Positions 28,004-42,244 of a DNA stretch of 64,000 nt are shown here, piece by piece. The notes under the pieces are model-generated. The model saw only the letters and a program-made list of their open reading frames with translations, did no database searches and was not told the DNA's origin. The DNA comes from Narcine bancroftii (taxonomy: Eukaryota), in the NCBI RefSeq assembly GCF_036971445.1, contig NC_091481.1, positions 7,378,001-7,442,000 of the forward strand, written 5' to 3'. A program made the translations under genes and the position numbers. The stretch's first letter is position 1; every line of letters starts with the position of its first letter.

Positions 28004-29039
28004 CTGCCTTCAAAGGAAATATTCTGATGCACTAATCAAGTATCGTATCAACTACAAACATCTAAATTTACAGCGACATCAGGGAAGAAAGATGTTGGAA
28101 GGAACAATAGAAAAGCAAAGGATAGTAAAATAAATATCATTAGGACCTTTAGCTGTTACCTTAAGAAGAGTTTTGACACAAGAGACTGACAAAACAGGAT
28201 CTCCATTGTCCATTCAACTGGGGAATAATGCATGATATTCTATGATGTGTTATACATTTATTGTTACATGATCAGTACAGTGGGAAAGATTGTTTTTTTG
28301 AGCCAGTCCATAAAGCAATAAAAACACATTACTGAGTACAGAGAGAGATCAGTTAGTGCAGAGCAAAGACAAAATTTACTCTTGTAAGGTTTGTTCAGGA
28401 GTCTGATAATGGCAGGAAAGCAACTGTCCTCGAATCTCACACTCATGAGGAGAGTGTGTAACTGGGGCAGGATGAATCTTTGTATATGTTGCCTACTTTT
28501 CAAAAGCAGCAGGAAGTTTAGGTGGAGAGAAGGGGGGGGTGGGGGGGTTGTGTGTAGGTCCGAGCTGCATTCACAACTTTGTGCAATTTCTTGCAGTTTG
28601 GGTGGAACAGTTCCCATACCAATTAGTATAATACTATAATTGCTGCAAACATACTCAAGTAGAGGTCTGAAACCTGTGTATCCAAGTGCATCAGAGGAAT
28701 TCTATAGTTTCTTGAAGGGTGAAATGGTTAATGTTGAAGTTAGCACAATACTGTTACAGCGCCAGTGAGCTGTGTTTGAATCTGGTGCTGTCTGTCAGGT
28801 GCTTATTGGATCTCCCTGTGTCTGCATAGGTTTCCTCCAGATGCTCCATTCCAAAGATACAAGGATAATTGGTCATATGGGTATATTTGGGCATTGTGGG
28901 CCAGAAGGTCCTGTTACTGTTGTGTATCTCTAAATTAAAAAAAAATGTAGGCAAGTATATCTTCTTGATCAATTCAGAAGAATGTGGAAGACCCATAAGT
29001 AAAGCACAAATCTAATGGTTATCCACATATATACAGAAT

Positions 29040-29205
29040 GAAACATGAAAGTCTGCAGACACTGATTGTAGTAAAAACACAGAAATGCTGGAGGAACTCA
29101 GCTGGTCTTGCAGTGTCCATAGGACATTTTGGGATTGAGCAATATATCTCCTATGAATGCTGCTGCAAGACTGGCTGAGTTCTCCAACATTTCTGTGTGT
29201 TTCCA
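29040..29205. mobile_element. Hairpin element built from Penelope termini
   Basis: ACAGAAATGCTGGAGGAACTCAGC...GCTGAGTTCTCCAACATTTCTGT inverted repeat; related elements at ~21830-21915 and 23165-23387. Confidence 0.7.
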
Positions 29206-29966
29206 CATATGTACATCACAGCAAGGAGCACAAGCCCCATAAATAATGCATCAGTGCAAAGCTCTGAAGCCCAACCATGTCCAGTTGTGACACCCCTGTC
29301 CTTCAACAAAAAGGAGATCCATGTCACAACTCTTTCATAATACCCCAAAATATTTGGCAGCTTTTGAAGTACTGTTTCAGCCTCATCATTACTTTAGTGT
29401 AGAAAACAAAGCTGCTAATTTGTGCACACCAAGTTCCTGGAAACAGCAAAATAATGACCATCAATTAATCGGTTTCATTTGAGGGGTAAATGTAAGGAAG
29501 GACACAGGATAATTCTGCTTCTTTTCAAAATGGTACATAGAAACTGATCATCATGAGATAAGACCAGAAAGGTGTTTCATTTCAACATCAAATAAGACCA
29601 AATTACTTTTAGAAGGTGAAATATGCAATTTCATGCCTGGTAACATTTTCAAAGACCAAACTGAAATAGACAGAATTCACCAATAACTATTCAAGATGGA
29701 AAAAATTGCAAATAGAATGGTACAATTTTATACTAAAAAAGCTACAAGCAGTCAATGCATTGAAGGGAGTTTGGGAACAAAAATAAATCTAAAATAAAAG
29801 TTCATAACAAAAACACTGTTTACTAAGTACTATATAAACAAAAGAAAATGTTCCTAACATACACTATATAAATGAAGTTTTAAAAATTAATTATTTGAGG
29901 GTTCAAAACAAAGTTCCCTTGGTTGATGGCTTTGATGCTAAAGAAATGGGCAAGATATATACCATA

Positions 29967-30281
29967 CAGTATATACTCATGTAATCTTCAATTTTTTGGG
30001 TCAAATTTGTGGGTTGACATTTAAATAGGTCATACTTTTGACTGCAGTAAGTATCTGATACAGTAAGTATCAGATGGCTGGGACTGGGTGGTCAGTCTGC
30101 GTTCGGATGGGCAGGAAGCTGGGGTGAGGATCCTCATTCGGGGCTTCGGGAGCTCGAATGGGTCATCAGGACCAAATAAAAAGGGGGTTGACTTTTACAC
30201 AGGTCATACAAAAATGTGATTTTTGGGCAATAAAAGAGGTGGGGGTCAACTATAACATGATATCAACAAATACATGAGTAA
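29967..30281. mobile_element. Tc1/pogo-type MITE
   Basis: TA|CAGTATATACTCATGTA ... TACATGAGTA inverted termini. Confidence 0.55.
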
Positions 30282-30764
30282 CATTTTAAAAAATGAAATA
30301 TCAATAAACTAATATGTTTGGTGTATTTATGTTCCAAAAAGACACACAATAAAGACAGCCAACTACAGATACATTCAGCCTTACTTCCACTCTGGAAATT
30401 AATGCAACTAATTATCAGGAGTCAATTAGAGACATGTCTGCAATCATAACCCAGCAAAAATCCATTGATTCGGAAGAGCTGAATTTTGTCTAATGAATGT
30501 CCAGCACATATTACAACATTAATTAATGAAAGGCAGCATTCTTTTAGACATTTAGAGGGACTGTTTATTCTTTAATTGTTTGACCATTTATCTCTACAAT
30601 ATGAGACCAATATGAAGATTGGCTTCTGCAGTTCCTCACGTAACAAAATCGCAATGCATGAAAAGTAATTTTCTGTTTGAGAACAACTTTGGGATATCCT
30701 GAGGTCATGTAAATCTATATTGAATACAATTTATTTTTCCATTGAACTCTGTCCAAATGCTTAC

Positions 30765-30893
30765 CATACGATGTACAGATAACACTGGAGAAAACATAAA
30801 TGAACAGAGTAAACTTAATCTGTCTGCCTTTGGAAGTCATGTTTTGGGTGTGGAAAAAATAATTGCTTAAACAATTTTCATCTCAAGCAAACT
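30765..30893 (-). pseudogene. EFCAB6-like relic exon
   Basis: ttttgttgcag ... ATG|gtaagc; LFKQLF..KHD and GRQIKFTLFIYVFS. Confidence 0.6.
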
Positions 30894-33509
30894 CTGCAAC
30901 AAAATGATTGAATGAATGTTCATAGAAACAGGCAAAAGCATCGAGAAAAATAAAAAAATTAAATAAGAATAGGTTAAAAAAATGCGTTATTTTAAAATTG
31001 TAAATGTTCTCTGAAGAAACTCAGAAACCTTTGGTGAAGATGGGAGCAAATATTCAGCCAGCAGAGGGCCTTGGTCATGTTTTGCTTGTAGCAGCTATTT
31101 GAATAAAATGTGAAACAGCAATGGAGTCGCCCAGGATGGAGACCTGGTTGATGCCACTCACCGTTAGTTTGACTTTCTTAAAGTGTTACCTTATTAAGAG
31201 TTGCCTCAGTCAGAGGCTTTATCTGTAAAGTTGGGGAATTGGGGTTGGGGGGTGTGGGGAAGAGTGGTTTAATTATCTTTAATATTATTGTTTGCCTCTT
31301 GGGGAACTCTGTGGAGGGGGAGGAACGACGGTTAAATTTTTTCAAGGAATGTGTGAAAATAAATTAAAAAGCTTTAAGTGAAGTTTGATCAGTTTTTTTT
31401 TGTCTTTAAATTGTTTATTCTTAATGCATTGTAAGAGTAAGTCTCAAGCAATCGGAAAATACACTTATCCAGCATCTACCAATCCCATAGGTTTTACTGT
31501 GGTAGATTTGAGAAACACTTTAAAAAGCTAATGAAATGGGTAACTGCATAGATGATCAGATTTAATACAAATTGTTACATGTTGCCTGGAAGAACGTGAA
31601 AAGTAGAAACCTGGATTTTATGTGCATGAATGTTAGATTGATAAAATAGTTAATAAAATGTAAGGAATTGCAGGCTTAATAATCAGACATAAATAGTTAT
31701 AAATGGTCACAACCATGCCATATTGTTCAATAAAATTGTACTGCACTTTTTGAGGAGTATGGAAGATTTACAAGAATTGTTCAAGGTTTTTAATCATTAA
31801 GAGAAATGTAACAATTTGTGTAAACTTCCTGAAGTTGTAAAATACTGGTGATGATAGTTAGTGCTCCAAAAATGTAAAGGTAGCTGGTTTAGTGAGGTTT
31901 AGTGATTTTCTAGGTCTACTTTCTACTTCATAATGTACAAGAAATAATATCAAGGAATGTGCATCCTATGCCATGTGGGAGTCATGGACATCCATGACAA
32001 TATAAACAACTATATATATATATACATATACTATATATACAGTATATGCCTGTAGTAGCTTTCATTCTTGGATTTGGAGTTTGTGCAGTAACTGGTGTCA
32101 TAGACAAGGAAACAGGCCCTTCAGTCCAACTTGTCCATGCTAACCAGGTTACTGCTCTGATTGAGCACCATTTGCCTTAAATTGACCTAAACCTTTGCTA
32201 TCCACTGTGGCACATCTGGAAAGCTTGGAACATCTAGGACACCATATTTAGAGAACCAGTCCCACTGTAATCCAAGGGTTTGCAGGCACAGAGGTAATGG
32301 CCTCTTGGAGATCCCGAGTCCAACTCCTCCACAAAAAAACCTTTGATTATCAGTGATGGCAGTGGTTGCGCAGAGAAATGCATGAAATCTGAGCCAGGAA
32401 TATGGCTCAGCTCTACAGAAGGAAGAAAAATTAGGGAATAATAAGCAAAAGAGGTTCAATAGTTTGAGGAACAGACAGGCATTTTATGGTGGAAGCTGTA
32501 TCCCCATGATATTGCGTTATCTCATTCCATTTCACTGCAATTATTGTCAATAAGCAACAAGAAAATAGCTAATTATTCAGGAAAGCTGAACAATGAGCAA
32601 CATGGTTAGTGCAAGCTGTAACAGCGCCAGTGACTCAGTTTCAAATCCCGCGCAATCTGTAGGAGATTTTATGTTCTCCCTCTGCGTGGGTTTCCACTGG
32701 GTGCTCCAGTTTCCTTTCCTTTAGAAATGTACAGGGGGATTGGAGGTTAAATGAGTGTATTTGGGCAGCAGGTGCTCATGGTGGGCTGGAAGAGCCAGTT
32801 ATTATGCTGTACACACACACATGTTTATATGTGAGTGTGTATATTAAAAAAAAATTAAACATAGTCAACATATTTTCTTAAATATAAATCAATTTTGACA
32901 GATTTGCTTGGATTGTTTGAGGGTATAACAGAGTTGATAGAGGGGAACCATAGATTATTAAGTATTTCGATTTTCAAAAGACATTTGAGGCTGATGCATA
33001 AATTACGTCCATGATATCAGAGGAAGTGAAAACTGGCTATCTCATAGCAAATTGAAGTTTTGAATGAATATCTTTTTCAGACTGAAAGGAGGTAATCAGT
33101 TCCACTGGTAAACAAGGATCTGTTTGGCCTGCAATTGCTCACTACTTACATCAATGACTCGGAGGAAGGAACAGTATGTGAGGTTTCTGAATATGCCAAA
33201 AGGGCATTGTGATAAAGATTCTGGGATTCTGCCACAGGATATCAATAGGTTGAGTTTGTGGGAAAAGACTGCTAGTTTGAGATGGGGAAATGTGAGCTGA
33301 TGCACTTGAATGAGAGAAATCAGAAGACAGATTTGAATTGTGGAGAAAGACTAAAAGTCTGAGAAATACAAAGGGATCGAGGTGTTCTTGTTCATTATTC
33401 ACAAAAAACAGCAGGTAGGTCCAACAAGTAGTTAAGAACTGCCTGTGCAATCACACAGAGTATCACGGAGGCTCACCTGGAACACTGTGTACAATGTTGG
33501 TCCTCAAGA

Positions 33510-34305
33510 AGTTGCCGTCAGCAACAACGCATTACAAAGAGGTGGAAAATCTCATGAAATGGTGCAAGAGTCACCTGAGTCTCAACATGGACAAGACAAA
33601 AGAGATGATCGTTGTCTTCAGGAGGACCAGGAACAACCATCCTCCAGAATGGAGAGCACCAAGTTCCTTGGAGTTCACTTAACTAGTGTCCTATCGTGGA
33701 CACTCAACCTCTCCTCACTTAGGAAGCAACAGTGACTGCTTCCTAAGAAGACTGAACCGGACACGGTTACCATTATGTCAACCTTCTATGGGAGCTCTAT
33801 CGAGAGTGTCCTGGCCAGTTGCATCACGGTGTGGTACTGTTGCTGCAGAGAAATGGATCGGAGATCAATTCACAGGACCCTAAGAGCAGCAGAGAATATC
33901 TCTCCCACTCTCCCTCCATCAATGTGATCTACTGGGGTTGTTGTCTGAAGAGGGTGTGCAAAAACATTGAGGACCCCTTCCTCCCCTCAAACAGGATCTT
34001 TCAGCTACTTCCACCAGGAAAGAGATAAGAGGGGTATCAGAGCCAGCACCAACAAGCTGAGGAACAGCTATTTCCCATGGGCAATGAGATGCAGAATGAC
34101 CAAAGGAACTACTTACACTAACCATCCAAGACTCTCATATCTACAAAACAAATATATATATTTGTATAGATGAAATACTTGTCCTGCATATGTATTATCT
34201 GTATGCGTGTTTTGTCTGGTTGTGTGTCTGTATGTTTTGCACGAGGACTGGAGAACACTTTTTCGTCAGGTTGTACTTGTACAATCAGATAATAGTTAAC
34301 ATTGA
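33510..34305 (+). mobile_element. Rex1/Babar LINE 3' part nested in a CR1 relic
   Basis: WCKSHLSLNMDKTKEMIVVFRR, KFLGVHLT, SIESVLASCITVWY. Other copies at ~10550-10840, 12930-13330, 28290-28610(-), 43990-44190(-), 52200-52610. Confidence 0.85.
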
Positions 34306-35214
34306 AATCAGTAGAAAAGAAGATTCAACAGTAATTCTGTGACATGATGGTTTTATCCTGCCAAGAGTGAGAGAATAATATGGACCTGTATTCCCTTGAG
34401 TTTAGAAACATAAAAGATCCTGAGGAGGCTTGACACAATTAATTACAATTACATCACTAATAACAGGTACCGAGAAATTTCTTGCAAAAGGTGGTGAATT
34501 GCAGGAGTTCTCTGCCCCAATGGGTTAAAATTGGATAATTATGTATTTGACATGGAGATGGATCCTGTTTGATAGATTGAGGAATTAAGGGAAGTGTAGA
34601 AATGATACAGGATGAGATGAAACATAGTTCAGCCATAATCATATTAAATGGTGGGACACATTTGAAGAGCCTGATGGTCTTTACCACTCACATTTTCTTG
34701 TGTTCTTTCATGCTAAAGTTTATAACAGCTGCAGAACATCTTGAAAGGTGAAAGGTTCAAGGTGGCAGTCCACATCACTACCAATGACATTGCAATATGA
34801 ATAGTGTAAGCAGTATAGGGAGCTAGATTAAAGAGATTAAAAACACAGCCTCTCGAAGGTATTAATCTCTGATTAGTATCAGTGCCATGTTAGTATAAAA
34901 ACAGAAAGATGGATCAGATTAATGTGTGGCTGAAAGGATGGTTCAGGATGGTTTAGATTCCTGTGGAATTGGGATAATTTCTAGGAAAGATCGGACTTTC
35001 ATGGCTAGTTAGATTGCACTTCAACAGAAATCAAACCAAAAAAACTCTTTGGGGAGTTTCCAAGTGCTATTGAGTGATAAATTAATTTGGCAGTGAGTGA
35101 GAAGCATGTACAACTTCAGCTGGAGTTTTGCATCAATTCTGATCACCATGTTTTAAAAAGGATGTGAATGTATTAGAAAATGTCCAAAAATGATTTATGA
35201 AAATTATCAGGTGA

Positions 35215-36357
35215 AAGAGTGTTCTTTATATAGCAAAGATAAAAATACATAACTAATGGTTTGGGCTTGAACCCTTCATCAAGGAATGGAAAAATGTCAG
35301 CAGGTGTCAGAATAAAAAGGTACGGGCAAGAAGACAATGGTAGCAAAGGGAGGGAGGGCACAGCAGTAAGCGAAGGGAGGAGGGATGGCTAGATGAATAG
35401 AGAGAGAAAAGGGTGAAGAACTGTGGGAAAGAAGACAGAAAGGGAAAAGGGAAAGCAGATTAGCAGAAACTGTAAAAGTTTATGTTCATGCCATCTGGCT
35501 GGAGAATGTCCAGACGGAAAAATCAGACATTGCTCCTCCAATTTACGGGTGGTTTTGGTGGGATGATACATGAAGCCACGGACAGACATGAGTATGGGGG
35601 TGGGACGCAGAATTGAAATGGTTGACCCTGACATTAGTGCTGACAGAGTAAAGGTGGCACCTCACCACAGTCCAGGGCCCCAAACAGGCCTTTCAAATGA
35701 AGCAAGGATTGATTTACTGCATTTGATGCACCCTTTGTGGCCTTCTCTACATCTATGAGACTGGATGCAGACTGGGAGATGGCTTCGCTGAGCACCTTCA
35801 TCAGTGACTGGGAACTCCCAGTCGCCAACCATTTCATTTCTGCGCCTACTCCTGTTCTCACATGTCTATCCATGGCTTTGTACTATCCCACCAAGACCAC
35901 CATAAATTGAAGGAGCCACACCTGATTTTTCCAAATGGGCACTCTTCAGTCAGATGGCATTAACATTGACTTTTTCGGTTTCTGCTAATCTGCTCTCCCT
36001 TTCCCAACCCCGCCCCCCCTTCCCTTCACCCTGTCTTATTTCCCTCAGCTCTCCACAACCTTCCCTCTCTATTCACCAAGCCATCCCTCTGTCCCTTGCT
36101 TATTACTATGCCCTCCCTCCCTTCTCCACCTATTACCTCCTGCCTTTGCTATGATACTCCTTCCCCTCACCTCCCCCTTACCTTTTTATTCCGACGCCTA
36201 CCAACATTTTTCCATACCTGATGAAGTGCTCAAGACTGAAACGTTGGTGATGTATTTTTGTCTTTGCTCTATAAATGATGCACTGTTTGGCCTGCTGGGT
36301 TTTTCCTGCTTTGTATTTTTAACTTCAACCACAGAGTCTGCAGACTTTCGTGTTTTT
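35215..36357. mobile_element. Penelope-like GIY-YIG/3' ends in inverted (tail-out) arrangement
   Basis: 35215-35630 (-) mirrors ~35860-36310 (+); GIY-YIG-type YI.ETG.RLGD.FAEHL..PVANHF. Similar at 40315-41220, 44300-44760(-), 16160-16620. Confidence 0.75.
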
Positions 36358-36451
36358 CTTCTTTCTTTACAAAAATCATTACTGGGATTAAGGTCTATAA
36401 TTTACAAGGATCGATTAGAGAAACTGGGTCTGTTTTCTTTGAAGAAAAGAA

Positions 36452-39166
36452 CGAAGACAGGAAATGCAACTTTTGGATATATGGAGGAGACAACACCCAA
36501 AGGAGAAGGAATACTCATATTATTCGAGTAGACATTAAACATACTCAAGGATAGACCTGTTCCTGTTGTCAGCCCACATCCAAGGGAGAGTTAGGAAAAT
36601 GGAATATAAAGCTAGATTGTTATCGGATCACTCACCCCTGTTATTAGCAATAGAACTGGAGGAGATCCCACCGAGAACATATAGATGGAGATTAAACTCC
36701 ATGCTAGTTAAAAGACAGGATTTTAGAGAATTCATTGAGCAACAAATTAAAATGTACTTTGAAATAAATACGGAATAAGTGAAAGATAAGTTTATACTAT
36801 GGGATGCAATGAAAGCGTTCATCAGAGGGCAAATAATAAGTTATGTAACTAAGATGAAGAAGGACTACAATCGGGAAATTGAACAGCTGGAAAGGGAAAT
36901 AGCAAGTACAGAAAAAGAATTAGCAATAAGGGAAGATACAACAAAAAGAAGAGAATTGGCAGACAAAAAAATAAAATATGAAACACTACAAACATACAAG
37001 GTGGAGAAGAACATAATGAAGACAAAACAGAAGTATTATGAGCTAGGAGAAAAAATGCACAAAATACTAGCTTGGCAGCTTAAGACAGAACAAACTAAAA
37101 GAACGATATTGGCATCAAGGAAAAAGGACAAACAAATTACATATAACCCAACGGAGATCAATGAAAACTTCAAGGAATTCTACGAGCAACTATATCGAAC
37201 TGAGAACGAAGGGAAAGAAGACAAAATAGATGAGTTTCTAGCTAAAATTGAACTACTGAAATTGCAAGAAGAGGAGCAAAATAAATTAATAACATCATTT
37301 GAAATAGAGGTAATACAGGATATATTTAAAAAACTACCGAACAATAAAACGGCGGGAGAGGATGGATTCCCAATAGAATTCTATAAAACATTTAAAGACT
37401 CCTCTCCTGGAAGTAATGAACCAGATTGAAGAAACACAAAACATGCCAGATTCACGCAAAACAGCAATAATTACAGTAATACCAAAGACACGGAAAGATC
37501 CATTAACACCAGCATCGTATAGACCAATATCTCTACTTAACACAGATTATAAGATAATAGCTAAACTATTAGCAAACAGATTGGCCAACTGTGTACCAAA
37601 AATAGTAAAACTAGATCAAACTGGATTTATTAAGAAAAGACGAACAACGGACAATATCTGTAAGTTCATTAACTTAATCCATGCAGTACAAGGAAACAAG
37701 ATGCCAACAGTGGCGGTTGCTTTAGACGCAGAGAAAGCCTTTGACAGAATAGAATGGAATTATTTATTCAAAGTACAACAGAGGTTCAACCCAACCTACC
37801 AGAGAAATATATTAATTGGATTAAAGCATTATATAAGGGACCATTGGCGAAGGTGACAGTAAATGGATATATATCAAACCAATTTAAATTAAGCAGTTCA
37901 ACTAGGCAGGGATGTCCACTATCTCCTTCACTGTTCGTGTTAGCTATAGAACCACTGGCAGAACTGATAAGAACAGAAAATAAAATAAGAGGGATAAAAA
38001 TAAAAAAGAAGGAATATAAAATCAGTCTATTTGCAGATGATGTCATAGTATACTTAACAGAACCAGAAATATCAATAAAAGAATTACATAAGAAATTGAA
38101 GGAATATGGAGAGATATCGGGGTACAAGATCAACTCAAATAAAAGTGAAGCAATGCCAATTAATAATGCGGATTTCACAAAGTTTAAGAAAGAATCACCA
38201 TTTAGATGGCAAACACAAGCAATTCGATACTTAGGTATAAACTAGATAATAATTAAAAGATTTATAACAAACATATACATCAAACTGCAAGAGAAAGAGA
38301 ATGAGGAAACAAGCTGTAAACCCAAACAAAAATGGGACCAAGATCTAAACATAAAGATAAAGAATGAAACATGGGAAAAGCTATGCTCTGGAACTATGAG
38401 AAATACAATAAACACGAGGTTACGCATGATACAATATAATTGGTTACACAGGCTATACACCACGCCCCAAAAGTTAAATAAATGGGACCCAACAGTATCA
38501 GACAGATGTTTTCGTTGTAAGAAGGAAATGGGAACAACAGTGCATGCAATTTGGGCATGTGAGAAAGTGGAAAAGTTTTGGGAAGATCTAAACCAGGTAT
38601 TAAATAAAATCACAAAAAGCAACATACCAAAAAATTCAGAGATCTTTCTTCTAAGTAATATACGAAGTAAAGAACTTGGACTCGATTTGGATGGAGCACA
38701 AAATAGATTTATTATGATAGCCTTAGCTGAAGCAAAAAAATGTATTATGTCAACCTGGAAATTAGAAGATAGCCTGAGAATACAACAATGGTACATAGAA
38801 ATGAATAAATGTATTCCATTGGAAAAAATAACATAGAATTTAAGAAATAACATCACAGTATTCGAACAAATTTGGGAACCGTACATGGAACACAATAGAG
38901 AAGTCCTACCACGGACCTCCACCGCCTAAAATGACAGAAGGAGAAGAAGATGAAATGAACTGACCCAGTATGTAAAAGTAGATGACACAAATTTCTTGTT
39001 TATTTTCATTGTGTGATGACATTGTTTAATGGGTTTAATGTATCATATAGGTTGAATGTTGAGTGGGTGGGCGGGGGGGGAAAAGAGGAGAAAAAGAGGG
39101 AAATGTTTGTGTGTATTTTGGTTAGTATGGTTCATAGTGTGAAAAATAAAAATAAAAAATTTAAAA
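36452..39166 (+). mobile_element. 5'-truncated L1-clade LINE (ORF2 endonuclease C-terminus, RT, Cys-rich C-terminus), inserted in a CR1 relic
   Basis: SDHSP..WRLN, YRPISLLN, LDAEKAFD, RQGCPLSP, LFADD, CFRC motifs; A-rich tail; TSD AAGAAAAGAA at 36442-36451 and 39167-39176; frameshifts and an internal deletion near 38250. Confidence 0.95.
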
Positions 39167-39667
39167 AAGAAAAGAATGAAGAGAGATTTTACAGAATTTC
39201 CTTTGGGGATGGGGTCGAGGATTAGAAGTCACAGGCACAAAATAAAAAGGAAGAGAATTAGAGTATGTGAGAGAAAAAAAACATTTTGTTACATGATGTG
39301 TGGTTGGAATCTGGAACACCTATACAATGGAGGCATATTATACAGTATTGTGGTGTTAAAGAGGGAAGTGGATAAAATAAATTAATTTACCAAATAAACA
39401 ACATTAAAAATAAATCAATAAATTATACTGGAAATATTAGCGTGGAAATAAATGACATGAATGCAATAAAGATGGATATTCAATGAAAGATTTTGAAGCT
39501 TTTCTGTACCTGGTGTTGTAAAGAACAAGCAAAAACCTACAGAGTAGGAACTCTCAGGGCATTACTTGCCTGAGGGCCTTGAGATGGAATAAAGGAATGA
39601 ACTCTTGTTTAAATACATGATCTACAATCAAGGAAGATTAACCGCATGAATAAAGGCTTACTCATAC

Positions 39668-39781
39668 CTTCGATAAAATCAAGATAAGCATATACTGTAT
39701 CAATTTAGGATTAACAATATCAGAGGACATTATGAATTTTTATTGCTTGAGATGAGCAGTAACAATGAGGATCATACATAA
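39668..39781 (-). pseudogene. EFCAB6-like relic exon
   Basis: ttctcatag ... AAG|gtatga; MYDPH / VTAHLKQ / HNVL*YC / YAYL fragments. Confidence 0.55.
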
Positions 39782-39879
39782 CTATGAGAATATTTACTAA
39801 TTTTGTGAGCAACGTGAAATAAGGAAGTAACAAGACAGCTGCTGAGTTGGGCTGATTTTTAAAAAAATAAGAAGCTTAT

Positions 39880-39967
39880 TTTGTTCAATAACAAAGTTAG
39901 AATCATGAAAGATCCAAATTTGCAATGAATTTCAAGAGATCCATATAGTAGACCAAAAGTCACAATC
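39880..39967 (-). pseudogene. EFCAB6-like relic exon
   Basis: Acceptor tctttcag; LVYYMDLLKFIANLD; donor apparently mutated (ATAAGC). Confidence 0.55.
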
Positions 39968-41354
39968 CTGAAAGATATGAAGGTATCATGTTAGGCTTTA
40001 TATTCATGTCTCCAGATAAATCATACAACCTCTGGATATTTAGTTGTTTTACCATTATTCTACTCCAGCACATTTGTGTATGATATTCAACCCCAGCATC
40101 TACAGACATTCTTGTTTAACTTAGTGAGGTTAATTTAAGCATCCTCCGAAGAAATCATCTAAATAAATATTTCGAACAGTGCTGCACTTCCTTGAGAAAG
40201 TTCCCTTATTTCCCTGTACCCCTGCAATTTATTCTATCTCGCACATACCTACCAACTCACACATGCTGCGGGGAGACTTGTGAGGCTGTGAGTAACTGAC
40301 TCTTGGGAACCAGATATTGGAAAAAACACACCAAAATGCTGGAGGAACCCCACTGGTCTTTTCAGCATCTAGAGGAGACAAAGATATATTGCCGACATTT
40401 TGGGCCTGAGCCTTCTTCAAGGAATAAGCAGAATAAGCCAGAAAGGTTCAGAATTCAAACAATGGGGGAGGGATCTAGACCATCAAAAGATCTTAATTGG
40501 ATAAAATAAGGGATGATATAAGATTATATATTTGTGTGAAAGGAGACAAAATGGAGATAAGGAAAGGCAATGGGGTAAGTGGGGGGTTTAGTGAAAGCCA
40601 GAGAAGTCAATATTAACGCCATCTGGTTGGAGGGTGCCCAGTTGGAAGCTGAGGTGTAGTTCCTCCAATCTGGGCAGTACACGAGAACATGACAAGGAGA
40701 ATTGAAATGGGTGGCCACTGTGGAACAGACATAGCCAAGGTGCTCAACAAAGCAATCTCCGAGTCGGCGTCCAGTTTCTCCGATGTAGAGGAGACTACAG
40801 CAGGAGCTCCCGATGCAGTCAATGACCCCTGCAAGTTGACAAGTGAAACGTTACTTCATTTGGAAGGATTGTTTTGGGTCCCAAATGGTGGTGAGGGAGG
40901 AAGTGTGGGCCCAAGTGGTGCATCTCCTGTGATCACGGGGTAGTTCCCAAGGGGAGAGGGAGGAGTAGACAAGGGAGTCATGGGTGGAGCAGAAGGCAGA
41001 GGGGAAATTCTTACCTTGTCCCTTATATCCAATTAACACTTTTTATTGGTCTGGATTCCTCCCCCATTGTTTGAATTCTGAGTTTTCCTGCTTCTATCTT
41101 ATTCCTTGAAGGGTTCAGGCTCGAAATGTCGGCAATATATCTTTGTCTCCTATGGACACTGAGTTCCTCCAGCATTAAGGTGTGTTTTTACTACAATAAC
41201 AGTGACTGCAGACTTTGAAGTTTCAACCAGGTATTGGAACCAGGCAAGAAGGACTCCTGATGCCAAAGGTTTACTCATCGTGGCGGAGGTTTGGATGTGG
41301 ACCTCGGGTTACCAATGGATCGAACAGGAGCATGCGCGGGAGGCGAATCCATGG

Positions 41355-42244
41355 TGTGACAGAGTATATAGAATATCTAGATATATTTTTAGGAGAAAAA
41401 TTGGGGGTTTGTTAAAGTAGGTCACAAACACTTTAAAACAGAACTTATTTGAAATACTGGAGCCCTGCTAATGCTAGACATAGTGGCTCCTCACACCTTT
41501 TTGCAAGAGCTTTGAAGAATGCTCAAAAGACTTCACTAATGGATTGTTGTTTACAAAAAGGCAATAGATGAAAGAGAATGCTGGAGCCTCTGCTGACTGG
41601 AAAGAGGGTCATGTGGTTTTGCGAGCAGAGGAGAGTCAAACAGGCTTTCTATCTGAGAGAGCAAGATAGACACACACAGATCACTTGACAGTGTTACAGC
41701 CAGCAGAAGTAGCTGGGACTGGGACAGGACAAGATGTCAAGCCCATTCGGAAGACAGTCTGATCAAAGTCCTTGTGGTTCATGCAAGAGGAGAGGACTGG
41801 CTGTCAAATGTTTCACTTGGAATGAGCGAAACAGAAAGGAACTCTGGGGTGACCTGAAAGAAAGAGGTCATCACCTGGAGAACACTGAAGGGGAAGGTTT
41901 TGTCAGCAAGACACTGGAGTAGTTGATGGAAGTACATCAGTGGTGGCTGTCCTGGAACAACGAATCTCTGAAGACCGACAAGCGGTAACCATTTCCCTTT
42001 CGAGCACCAAACCCTGGTGAACTTTATACTTGTTAAATTCTGTGCACAGTCTAAGAATTTGCCTGCAACCAGTGAACTTGGAGGAATGAGAAGTGAGATT
42101 GGACAGTGAATGACTGAACTTACACACACGTGCGCTTAAAATTAGAAGGGGGGGGGGGGGTAAGTAGGTCAATAGAGACAAGTTAAAGATCATTAAAAGC
42201 AACTTTTGTTTCAGTAACCATTTGTCTAATCTGGGCTCCTAATA
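41355..42244 (+). mobile_element. Solo LTR adjacent to the promoter
   Basis: Starts TGTGACAG, ends GGGCTCCTAATA; homologous to 47937-48750. Confidence 0.65.
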
